Assembly (NCBI GenBank): GCA_039804105.1
Contig: JBDRZU010000001.1
Location: 608,001 to 672,000, forward strand
Source of the DNA: a candidate division WOR-3 bacterium
GTDB lineage: Bacteria > Hydrothermota > 32-111
Reading direction: 5' to 3'
DNA length: 64,000 bases
The notes under the pieces are model-generated. The model was not told where the DNA came from and did not search any database. It worked only from the letters and a program-made list of their open reading frames with translations. This document shows positions 40,003-48,952 of the stretch, piece by piece. Both the position numbers and the translations under genes were made by a program. The stretch's first letter is position 1. The number at the start of each line of letters is the position of its first letter.

Positions 40003-42167
40003 TTTTCACCTTCTTTTGTGTGATAATGATAATAATAATGATAATAATAATATTTACCATAGAAACTTTCAGTGTTAATGTTATTGAAAACAAAACCAAC
40101 CAAAGGAATATTAAGATTTTTCAACAATTTTTTCGTATAATGCAGTTCTCTTTTTTTTGCTTTTTTGAACTGAACGACCCAAAGCAAACCATCGGATAAT
40201 CTTGAAATTATTGTTGGGTCTGCAACCGAAAGTATTGGAGAAGAATCAACTATGATAAAATCAAACATATTTCTTAATTGTTCAAAAATTTTCCTTGTCA
40301 ATTTTCCTTCAAGTAGTTCAGTTGAATGAGTTGTTCTTTCTCCATAAGGTATTATCCAAAGATTTTCGATTCCACTTGGATATATAACCTTTTCAACACT
40401 TGTTTCTCCTTTAAGAATATTTGTAAAACCTTTATCAAAACTTAAATTAAACAGTTTATCTATCACAGGTCTTCTCAAATCGCCATCTATCAAAAGAACT
40501 TTTTTGTCCAGTTGCGCTAAAACGATGCTAAGGTTTGATGCGGTAGTTGATTTCCCTTCACCTTTTGTGGCCGAAGATACAACAATTATTTTAGGAGTTT
40601 GTGTTCCTTCTGAAAGATATAAAAGATTTGTACGAAGAATTTTATAGGATTCAACTATAGGCGAATTTTCAGGAACTTCAGTTAAAAGTTTTCCTCTTTC
40701 GCTAATCATCGATTTCCCATTTTTTAGTTTAATCAAAGGAATATTTCCAATTATATTCACTTTTAACTCTCTTTCAATTTCATCTATGTCCTTTACAGAA
40801 TCATCTATATATTCTTTGAGAAAAACAGAGCCTATTCCAAGTATTATGGCAAGAAAGAATCCAAAAAGATAGTTTCTATTCTTTTTCGGTAAAACTGGAT
40901 TTCTGTTCAACACAGGTTTATCGATTATCTTTACAGACCCTAATTTACCAGCTTCTGCCACTTTCGCCTCTTCGAATTTTCCTTTCAACATAAGATAAAG
41001 TTCCTCTGAAACTTTTTTATTCCTTTCAAGTCGCGCAAGCATAAGTTCCTGATATGGAATCATTTTCATCTTCTCTTCAAAAATTTTTATCACATTGTTT
41101 AAAGCTTCAATCATCGATTCTTTTACTTTTATTTCAAGTTGAACCGATACGATTTCATCCATAAGATTTTTTGAATAATCCAAAGGATTCGTTGTAAAAT
41201 ATTTTTCAGTTATTGACTTTTTACTGTTAACCACTATATTGCTTTTCAAATTTTCAACTCTTATTTTTATCTCCCTCATCTTAGGATGAGATGTATCATA
41301 TCCAAGTGAGAGAAAATACGCGTAAGAGGATTGTAAAGAATCGAGTTCTTTCATAGATCTTTCAAGAAAAGGATCAAGTTCGTTTAAAAAACCTTCAGCT
41401 ATCATTTTGTTCGACTGGGAAAGATTTTCTTTTAGATAATTCAATTTCGCTAAAAGCATCTCCCTTTCAACATAGTTCTGTTTTTTTTGTCCCTCAAAAT
41501 TTGATATCATATCAACAAGTTTTGATGTTTCCTCAGTAAGTTCGATGATAGAGTTACTCTCTTTAAATTTTTTTAAACCTTCTTCGTTAGTTTGAAGATC
41601 ATTTTCTATTTTTGTTAACTGCTCTTCAAGAAATTTCCTCACCTCACTCAATTCTCCCCTTGTCATTTCAAGGTTTATATTGTAATACTGTTCAACTATG
41701 ATTTTTGTTATATAGAAAGCATCCTGTGGGCTTTTATCGTTATAGATAATTTTCAAAATATCAGTATCCTTAACAGGGATCACGGTGAGATTTTTTTTGA
41801 GATATGAAATCCTAGCTTCTTTTTCTTTAAATTTACCTATATAAAGAGAATCGAGATAACCACTGTTTGCTATAACATTTTCAACTCTTTCAAAAAGAGT
41901 TCTTGATTGAACCATTTCTATATGGTTATTGATGACAGTTTGTCTTGGATTGAGATCCCTTATAGGTAAAAAAGAAAGTCCTTTATCGCTAGTTTCAATA
42001 AGTATCAGTGAAGTAGATTGATAGGTTGGTTTTGTAATTTTCGTTATCAAAAAAACAAGAGCAATCACAATAAAAAAGGTTGTTAAAAACAAAACTTTAT
42101 TTTCAAGCAAAAGAAAAAAATATGTCTTTAACTCTTTTCCTTCCTCTTCTATAACCCTCTCCGGCAT
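39999..42167 (-). CDS. wzc: Polysaccharide co-polymerase / BY tyrosine autokinase
   Basis: Two TMs flanking a coiled periplasmic domain; ESYKILRTN, Walker A SATKGEGKST, IDGDLRRP, IIVDSSP; C-terminal Tyr cluster. Confidence 0.93.
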   Translation of the reverse strand: MPERVIEEEGKELKTYFFLLLENKVLFLTTFFIVIALVFLITKITKPTYQSTSLILIETSDKGLSFLPIRDLNPRQTVINNHIEMVQSRTLFERVENVIANSGYLDSLYIGKFKEKEARISYLKKNLTVIPVKDTDILKIIYNDKSPQDAFYITKIIVEQYYNINLEMTRGELSEVRKFLEEQLTKIENDLQTNEEGLKKFKESNSIIELTEETSKLVDMISNFEGQKKQNYVEREMLLAKLNYLKENLSQSNKMIAEGFLNELDPFLERSMKELDSLQSSYAYFLSLGYDTSHPKMREIKIRVENLKSNIVVNSKKSITEKYFTTNPLDYSKNLMDEIVSVQLEIKVKESMIEALNNVIKIFEEKMKMIPYQELMLARLERNKKVSEELYLMLKGKFEEAKVAEAGKLGSVKIIDKPVLNRNPVLPKKNRNYLFGFFLAIILGIGSVFLKEYIDDSVKDIDEIERELKVNIIGNIPLIKLKNGKSMISERGKLLTEVPENSPIVESYKILRTNLLYLSEGTQTPKIIVVSSATKGEGKSTTASNLSIVLAQLDKKVLLIDGDLRRPVIDKLFNLSFDKGFTNILKGETSVEKVIYPSGIENLWIIPYGERTTHSTELLEGKLTRKIFEQLRNMFDFIIVDSSPILSVADPTIISRLSDGLLWVVQFKKAKKRELHYTKKLLKNLNIPLVGFVFNNINTESFYGKYYYYHYYYHYHTKEGEK

Positions 42168-42176
42168 AAAAACTCC

Positions 42177-43487
42177 TTAAAGTTTAATAATATTTTTACT
42201 CTTAACCTTTTTAAAACCATTTCTCGTATCAAATATAATCTTTGCATTTTTGGCAACCATTTCATAATCAAAAGAAGAGTGATCCGTTAGAAGAATAACA
42301 CAATCAAATTTTCTTATTTCATTTTCTTTAATACTTTTTAATACTTTGACCTTCTTGTGTTCCCCTTTCTCATCTATGAAACTGTTAACCATCGGGTCAT
42401 AAACTGTTATCAAAGCCCCCATTTCTTTCAAAAGATGATAGACTTCAAGAGCTGGCGATTCTCTTAGATCATCAATGTCTTTTTTATAAGTTATACCCAT
42501 TAATAAAACTTTTGAACCGTTTAATGTTTTTTTGTATCTGTTTAAAATCTCTGTGACCTTATTCAAAACAAATCTTGGCATATTCGAATTGACATCAGAA
42601 GCAAGTTCAATAAATCTGTTGTAATAATCATACATTTTGGCTTTCCATGATAAGTACATCGGATCAAGAGGTATACAATGGCCACCGATCCCAGGTCCTG
42701 GATAAAATGGCATAAAACCAAAAGGTTTCGAAGATGCTGCATCTATTACATTCCATATATCTATCCCCATCCTATGACACATAATCGCAAGTTCATTTAC
42801 GAGTCCAATATTCACTGCCCTGAATGTATTTTCAAGAAGTTTTACCATCTCAGCTTCCTCAGGGGAATTAACAGTTATTACCTTCTCTATAACCTGTTCA
42901 TACAACATTTTGGTAATCAATGTATCTTTACCAGTTATTCCTCCAACAACTTTTGGAGTATTTTTTGTATTGTATTTCGGATTACCTGGGTCAACCCTTT
43001 CGGGAGAAAATGCAACAAAAAAATCTTGTCCAACCTTATAACCAAACTTTGAAACTCTATCTGCTATAAGTTCTCTTGTAGTTCCAGGGTAGGTAGTAGA
43101 TTCCAGTACTATAAGCATATCCTTATGAAGATATTTAACTATGTGATCCATTGCACCGGTGATATACGATACATCAGGATCTTTACTTTTTTGAAGTGGA
43201 GTTGGAACAGCAATCAAAACACAATCAGATTTTTTCACAACAGAATAATCCGTTGTAGGAAAAAATCTTTTATTAACAACATCTTTAACATCTTTTTTAT
43301 CAACATCAAGAATATAAGATTCACCTTTTTTTAAAAGTTCAACTTTTTCACTCAACAGATCTATTCCATAAACAGAAAAACCTGCTTTTGCAAATTCAAC
43401 AGCGAGTGGTAATCCAACATAACCAAGACCAATAACTGAGATCACAGATTTTTTATCTTTAACCTTTTGAAGTAGAATGCTCATCAA
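42177..43487 (-). CDS. UDP-N-acetyl-hexosamine 6-dehydrogenase (WbpA/WecC-like)
   Basis: GLGYVGLPLA, LESTTYPGTT, FSPERVDPGN, KLLENTFR, GPGIGGHCIP. Confidence 0.9.
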   Translation of the reverse strand: MMSILLQKVKDKKSVISVIGLGYVGLPLAVEFAKAGFSVYGIDLLSEKVELLKKGESYILDVDKKDVKDVVNKRFFPTTDYSVVKKSDCVLIAVPTPLQKSKDPDVSYITGAMDHIVKYLHKDMLIVLESTTYPGTTRELIADRVSKFGYKVGQDFFVAFSPERVDPGNPKYNTKNTPKVVGGITGKDTLITKMLYEQVIEKVITVNSPEEAEMVKLLENTFRAVNIGLVNELAIMCHRMGIDIWNVIDAASSKPFGFMPFYPGPGIGGHCIPLDPMYLSWKAKMYDYYNRFIELASDVNSNMPRFVLNKVTEILNRYKKTLNGSKVLLMGITYKKDIDDLRESPALEVYHLLKEMGALITVYDPMVNSFIDEKGEHKKVKVLKSIKENEIRKFDCVILLTDHSSFDYEMVAKNAKIIFDTRNGFKKVKSKNIIKL

Positions 43488-43500
43488 AATCCTCCTTTAA

Positions 43501-44115
43501 TTATATTAAAAGTAAAGATATTATATAATCCAAATACTCATCTATGTCAATAGAATTAACTCTTTCCATTGGATAAGGTTGAAAATCAACTGGAATCTTT
43601 TTATTCTTTAAAAAATCTTTTACATTAAAAATGTAAAAGGAACCGTTCTGTTTATATATCTCAAGATATGGAAGAGAAATTAAACCATTTTTCGTTGAAA
43701 TGAACATATGTTCTTTATTTTTAATCTTTTCCACAGAGATTACTGTTTTTTTTCTTTTAAAAAACATAAACAGGGCTTTTTTTAAATCATTTTTGCTTCT
43801 CAAAGGTGATGTTGGTTGAAGCAAAATTATAACATCATCACTTCTCATTTTAAATTTTTTAATCACATATAAAATTAGTCGATCCATACTTGTCGATGCT
43901 TTTGCAAGTTGTTTAGGTCTTAAATCAAAAATGATTTTGGAAAGTAAAGGACAATCAATATTTTTATCTGAAGAAACAATCACTTTATCAAAAATTTCAG
44001 AATCAATAGCGAAATCTAAGGTTATTTCAAATAGAGTTTTTCCTGAAATCCTCACAAAATTTTTATTTTTAACCCTTCTGCTTTCACTTTTAGCAGGTAT
44101 TAAAGCGTAAATCAT
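43501..44115 (-). CDS. neuA: Acylneuraminate cytidylyltransferase family (divergent)
   Basis: ALIPAKSESRRVKNKN, VIVSSD, LLQPTSPLR, NGSFY, SIDID. Confidence 0.8.
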   Translation of the reverse strand: MIYALIPAKSESRRVKNKNFVRISGKTLFEITLDFAIDSEIFDKVIVSSDKNIDCPLLSKIIFDLRPKQLAKASTSMDRLILYVIKKFKMRSDDVIILLQPTSPLRSKNDLKKALFMFFKRKKTVISVEKIKNKEHMFISTKNGLISLPYLEIYKQNGSFYIFNVKDFLKNKKIPVDFQPYPMERVNSIDIDEYLDYIISLLLI

Positions 44116-44117
44116 TT

Positions 44118-47100
44118 TTATCCAAAGAATATATCTCCAAAAGTTTCCCTTTCGATTTTTTCATCTTTTTTCTCTAACTCTTGATTTTTCTCTTCAAACC
44201 ACTTTTCGAGAGATACCTTTTCCATTCTCTCTTTTTCCGGTTCCATATTTTCTTTTTTAGAAACCTCAGGTATTTTAAATTCTTCAACTTTTCTTTCACC
44301 GGCAATTTCATGTTGTATTTTTTCCCGTAAAGTTATCTTCATCCTGTCCTTCTCCTCATTCAATTTTTTAATCTCCTCTTCAAGATTTTTGATCATATTA
44401 TCTTTTTGTTCAAAACCAACTTTCTTTGAAGAAACTTCCTGTTTCAATCTATTGTTTTCTTTGATGAGATTCTCAATCTTTAACCTTAAATCATTTATAA
44501 TTTCGTCCTTTTTATTAATCTCGAGCGTAAGATCCTTCTGGTATAAAGATTCATTTGCTTTTTCAAGTTCGATTTTTTCCTGTAAATTCTCCAATTGCTG
44601 TTTCTTTTCTTCAATCTCTTTCAAAGTTTTTTCCTTTTCAAAATCATACTTCTCTTTTTCACTTTTTACGATTTCAAATTCTTTCTTTATCTGTTCATAC
44701 ATACCCTTCATCTTTTCTATTTCATTTTTTATCTGTTCGTACTGTTTTTGCATCTGTTTTTCTATTCCTGCAATTTTGATCATCTTTTGAGTTGTTTCTG
44801 TAAATTCTTTTTTTAGATTCTCAGTTTTTACCTGCAGATCGATGTACTCTTGTTGAAGAGATTGTCTACTTTCAGTTATCTTAGCAATTTCTGTTTTTCT
44901 ACCGTTTATTTCCTCATTTATGGTAAAAAGTTCCTTTCTCATATTCAAAAGAAGTTTTTCTTTTTCAGACAATTCCATCTCAATGTTCTTTTTGATGTTT
45001 TCAATTTTTTCAAGACCCAAAACAGCAGCCAGTTTTCTTTCCTGATTTTTTCTCAAGATTATTATTTCGTCCAACTTATTCTTTATCTTTAAAAGTTGAT
45101 TCAAACTCATCTTGGTTTCTATTATTTGCGGTGAATCTCCTTCAACTGGTTTGAATTCTCTGATGTTTGGGAAATCTGTTTCAATCTTTTGAATCTTTTC
45201 CTCGAGTTCTCCCAGATCGATTCTCTTTTCATTTAGCGTTGTATTCAACCTTATTTCTTCTTTTTTTAGTGATTCTATTTCATTTTCAAGTGATTCTTTT
45301 TGTAACTGAAGGTCTTCAATATCCATCATTGACATTTTTAGTGTATTCTTTATCTCTTCAAGTTTCTCGTTTTCCTGTTTTATCCTGTTTCCTACTTCTT
45401 TTGATTCTTTTTCCTTTTCAAGCAACCATCTTGTTATCTCATCCTTATCATTTTTTAAAGATACAAGTTCGTTGTTAAGTTCAATGATCTCTTCATTGAT
45501 TCTATTCTTCTCTTTTTCAAGATCCTCTATAACAGTTGATGTTTCTTTGATTCTTTTTTGAAAATTATTTTCAAATTCATTGATTTCTCTCTTCTTTTCT
45601 TCTATAATCTTTTCAAGATTCTCCTTTTCTTTTAAAACCTCCTCAGTTTCTTTTTTTGAAAGTTGAAGTTTGTGTTCATTTTCATCGATCAATTTTTTTA
45701 ATTCTTTTTCTTTTATCTGATATTCATTTTCCTTTTGACTTAACCTTTGTTCAAAATCCAACAATAACTTTTTTAATTCTTCGATTTTCAAATTTTTTGC
45801 TTCAATTTCTTTATCGAGTTCATTTTTTTGATTATTTATTTTTTCAAGTTCGAGTAATAGTTGTTTTCTCTCCTGTTCCTTTCCGTTGAAATTTTCAAGT
45901 ATCATTTCAGCATTTACTTTTAACTGCTCAAGTTCCTGTTTATCCTCTTCTATCTGTGAACTTAATTTTTCTTTCTCTTTTCTCAATTTTAATACTTCAT
46001 CGAAAATATTTTCCTTTTCTCTTTTTAACTCATCTATTTCTCCTGCAAGTCCTTTTTTATGTTTTTCAAACTCGTTCATCTCGTTCCTTATTTCAGTGTA
46101 TCTGTCTGAAAAACCCGAATATTCTCTCATCAATTCATCCAGCTTTTTCTCTTCCTTCTTGATAGAATTCATAAGTTGGAGAAGTTCTCCATTTTTTGCC
46201 TTTATTTCCTTTTCAATGGTATCTTTTCGTTTTTCATCATTCTTTATTATTCCTGACAGTTCATTGAAGTATGATTCTTTAGTTTTTATTTCTTTTTCCT
46301 TTTCACTAAGTTTTTCAGCCAAAATGTTATATTCCAAATCTAATTTTTTGAGTGTCTGGCTTTTTTCATCAATTTCATCTTCTATTTTTTTAATACTGTT
46401 TTTTAATCGTTCTTCAGTTTTTTCAAGTTCATCTATAACCTTTCTTATTTTTTGATTCTCTTCTTTTAAATCATCTCTCTCTTTTTCATACTGTTTTATA
46501 GTTCTTTTTAAATCGTTAATCTTTTCAGTCAATTCGAGTTCATCACCTAGAGATACACCCATTCCAGATTCGATCTTTTCAAGATATTTTTTCTTGTCAT
46601 TAATCTTTTGCTCTAAAAGATTTAAACTGCTTTCATCCTCTTCAAACTTTCTCTTTAAACTCAAATATTTTTTTTCAAGGTTTTTTAATTGTTCAGTTTT
46701 CTCCTTTTCATCTTCTTTCAAAGATTCAAGATTTTTGCTTATCTTTTCAAAAGCAATTTTATTCTCTTCAAGTTCTCGTTTTAAAATCTCCTTTTTCCTT
46801 ACTTCCTCTTCGTTTTCTTTTCTCAGTTCAGAAAGTTTTTTCTCCTCTAAATCATATTTTGCTTTTAACTCTTCAAAATCCTGTAATATGCTGTTTTTTT
46901 CTTTTTTAATATTTTCGAGTTCTTTTACTATTCTTTCCTTTTCTTTTTTTCTTTCTTTAACATCCTCTTCAAGGTTTGTTATCTCTTTTTCAATTGATTC
47001 TCTTTTTTGATTCAGATCGCCAACTATTTTCTCATTTTCCTTCGTTATTTTTTCAATCTCTTTTTTTAATTCTTCTAACCTTTTTTCCCTATCGTTGACC

Positions 47101-48050
47101 TCTTTTGTGAAATTTTTTAAAAGTGTTGTTTGTTCATCTATTTTCTTTCTAAGTTCTTTTTCTTCTATAGATTTTTTCATGAGATTGGAAACTATTTTGT
47201 TTAACTCTTCATTTTTCTGAAAAATTTCTTTTTCCAACCTTTCAAAATCAATTTTTTCATGAGAATCTTGTACATTTATATTATCAATAGTTTCTGCGGT
47301 TTCTCTTGTTTGCTCCAGATTTTCTTCTTTTATTTCTTCTTTCAGTTTATCTTCCACAAAGTTTTTTTCTGCGATATTTTCTTCTTTTATCTCTTCCTTC
47401 TCTATTTTTTCCTCTTTTTCATTACTCTCGATTTCAAGATTTTTAATATCCATTTCCTGAAGTTCTTCAACAAGATCCTTTGCGACATTCTCTTCTGTTA
47501 CACTGTCAAGATCTATTTCATTAATATATTCAGCTTTATATCCTGTGTCTTCCGACGATAATTCCTCTTTTAAGTTATCTATAGGGATGGTTTCTTTTTC
47601 TTGCTCTTTTGAAATTATATTTTCTTTCGTTTCTGGTTCTTCAAGTTTTTCAACAATTTCTTCACTCTTTAAGAAAGAACCATCTTCATCTGTTTCATTT
47701 TTTTCTTCCACTGTTTCAATTTTTTCAAAAACATCAAGAAGATCGACTATGTTCTCCTCATGGGAAGTTTCAGGAGTGATCTCTTCTCTGGGTGAATCAA
47801 TCTTTTGTTCAGCAACAACAGTTTCAGAATCAAAAGCATCAAGAATATCAGAAAGATCAGAAACTATATCTTCCGTTATGCTTTTATCATTATCAACAGA
47901 TTCTTCTTTATTTTCTTCTCTCTTACCAATTTCTTTTGATGCTACTTTTATACCTTTTTTCTTTTTTAAAACTATCTTCTTTTGTTCTTCATTCTTTTTT
48001 ATTTCATTTTCATCTCTTTCGGATTCATCCTTTTTTCTAAAAAACATCAT
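44118..48050 (-). CDS. Large hypothetical coiled-coil protein (1310 aa), no recognisable ATPase
   Basis: Open frame, E/K/L/I-rich heptad-like sequence over ~1000 aa, acidic N-terminal region, no TM or Walker motifs; 8 nt and 2 nt from its neighbours. Confidence 0.85.
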   Translation of the reverse strand: MMFFRKKDESERDENEIKKNEEQKKIVLKKKKGIKVASKEIGKREENKEESVDNDKSITEDIVSDLSDILDAFDSETVVAEQKIDSPREEITPETSHEENIVDLLDVFEKIETVEEKNETDEDGSFLKSEEIVEKLEEPETKENIISKEQEKETIPIDNLKEELSSEDTGYKAEYINEIDLDSVTEENVAKDLVEELQEMDIKNLEIESNEKEEKIEKEEIKEENIAEKNFVEDKLKEEIKEENLEQTRETAETIDNINVQDSHEKIDFERLEKEIFQKNEELNKIVSNLMKKSIEEKELRKKIDEQTTLLKNFTKEVNDREKRLEELKKEIEKITKENEKIVGDLNQKRESIEKEITNLEEDVKERKKEKERIVKELENIKKEKNSILQDFEELKAKYDLEEKKLSELRKENEEEVRKKEILKRELEENKIAFEKISKNLESLKEDEKEKTEQLKNLEKKYLSLKRKFEEDESSLNLLEQKINDKKKYLEKIESGMGVSLGDELELTEKINDLKRTIKQYEKERDDLKEENQKIRKVIDELEKTEERLKNSIKKIEDEIDEKSQTLKKLDLEYNILAEKLSEKEKEIKTKESYFNELSGIIKNDEKRKDTIEKEIKAKNGELLQLMNSIKKEEKKLDELMREYSGFSDRYTEIRNEMNEFEKHKKGLAGEIDELKREKENIFDEVLKLRKEKEKLSSQIEEDKQELEQLKVNAEMILENFNGKEQERKQLLLELEKINNQKNELDKEIEAKNLKIEELKKLLLDFEQRLSQKENEYQIKEKELKKLIDENEHKLQLSKKETEEVLKEKENLEKIIEEKKREINEFENNFQKRIKETSTVIEDLEKEKNRINEEIIELNNELVSLKNDKDEITRWLLEKEKESKEVGNRIKQENEKLEEIKNTLKMSMMDIEDLQLQKESLENEIESLKKEEIRLNTTLNEKRIDLGELEEKIQKIETDFPNIREFKPVEGDSPQIIETKMSLNQLLKIKNKLDEIIILRKNQERKLAAVLGLEKIENIKKNIEMELSEKEKLLLNMRKELFTINEEINGRKTEIAKITESRQSLQQEYIDLQVKTENLKKEFTETTQKMIKIAGIEKQMQKQYEQIKNEIEKMKGMYEQIKKEFEIVKSEKEKYDFEKEKTLKEIEEKKQQLENLQEKIELEKANESLYQKDLTLEINKKDEIINDLRLKIENLIKENNRLKQEVSSKKVGFEQKDNMIKNLEEEIKKLNEEKDRMKITLREKIQHEIAGERKVEEFKIPEVSKKENMEPEKERMEKVSLEKWFEEKNQELEKKDEKIERETFGDIFFG

Positions 48051-48058
48051 CCCCCCTT

Positions 48059-48952
48059 TTAACTTCTTGGATGGAATCTATCGTAAATTTTTGTTAGCTG
48101 TTTTTTGTTCACGTGTGTGTATATTTCGGTCGTCATAATACTCGAGTGACCAAGCATCTCCTGCACACTTCTTAGATCAGCCCCTCCCTCTATAAGATGT
48201 GTTGCAAAAGAGTGTCTAAGAAGATGCGGATGTAACCTCTTTTGAATCCCCACAAGTTTTACTCTTTTTTTCAAAATGTTCCATATATCCATTCTGGTTA
48301 GTTTTTTACCAGTACGACTTAAAAATAAATATTCACTTTTATATTTCTCAAAAAAACTTCTATAATCTCTCAAATACTCTTGAATGCTGTTTAAAGCTGT
48401 TTTATTTAAAGGAACAATTCTTTCTTTCATCCTTTTTCCTAAAACTTTTATAAAACCTTCTTCATAAAAAACCGATTCAATTTTTAAATTTATAATTTCA
48501 GAAACTCTCAATCCTGCACCATACATAGTTTCTAAAATCGCTTTGTCCCTTTTATCAAAAGGACTATTACCTTTTATAGAATTTAAAAGCAAAGTTACTT
48601 CTTCTAAAGTCAGATAGTCAGGTAAATTTTTAGAAATTTTCGGTGGGGACACATTTTCTGTTGGATCTTTATCTATCATTTTTTCTCTGTATAAATAATT
48701 ATAGAAATTTTTCAAAGAGGTCAATTTTCTTGAAAGTGTTCTTCCATTCAATCCTAACATAGACATTTCCTTTAGAAAAAATTCAACAATGCTTTCATCA
48801 GCATCAAACAAATTTTTTTTAAAATTTTCACAAAAACTTATATACTGATTTATATCATTCAGATAAGCATCTACAGTTAGATCAGAGCATCCTTTTTCAG
48901 AGATAAGAAAATTTTTAAAATCCAATAAAACATCGCTTTTAGAAAATATCAA
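48059..48952 (-). CDS. xerD: Site-specific tyrosine recombinase XerD
   Basis: EKG.S..TVDAY..D, LPDYL, RDKAILE.MYGAGLRVSE, HPHLLRHSFATHLIEGGADLRSVQEMLGHSSI.TTEIYTHV...HPRS. Confidence 0.9.
   Translation of the reverse strand: MIFSKSDVLLDFKNFLISEKGCSDLTVDAYLNDINQYISFCENFKKNLFDADESIVEFFLKEMSMLGLNGRTLSRKLTSLKNFYNYLYREKMIDKDPTENVSPPKISKNLPDYLTLEEVTLLLNSIKGNSPFDKRDKAILETMYGAGLRVSEIINLKIESVFYEEGFIKVLGKRMKERIVPLNKTALNSIQEYLRDYRSFFEKYKSEYLFLSRTGKKLTRMDIWNILKKRVKLVGIQKRLHPHLLRHSFATHLIEGGADLRSVQEMLGHSSIMTTEIYTHVNKKQLTKIYDRFHPRS

Noticed and set aside
44118..48050. SMC/Rad50/SbcC or phage tape-measure call for the 1310-aa protein
   Set aside because: No Walker A/B, signature motif, hinge or CxxC hook; no phage genes nearby
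44389..48138. Many plus-strand ORFs (F/S/L-rich, up to 197 aa)
   Set aside because: Antisense shadows of the E/K-rich coiled-coil gene; no RBS or family motifs
48059..48952. Tyrosine recombinase as a prophage/island integrase
   Set aside because: Size and motifs match housekeeping XerD; embedded in an operon; no att-like repeats, tRNA or mobile genes seen
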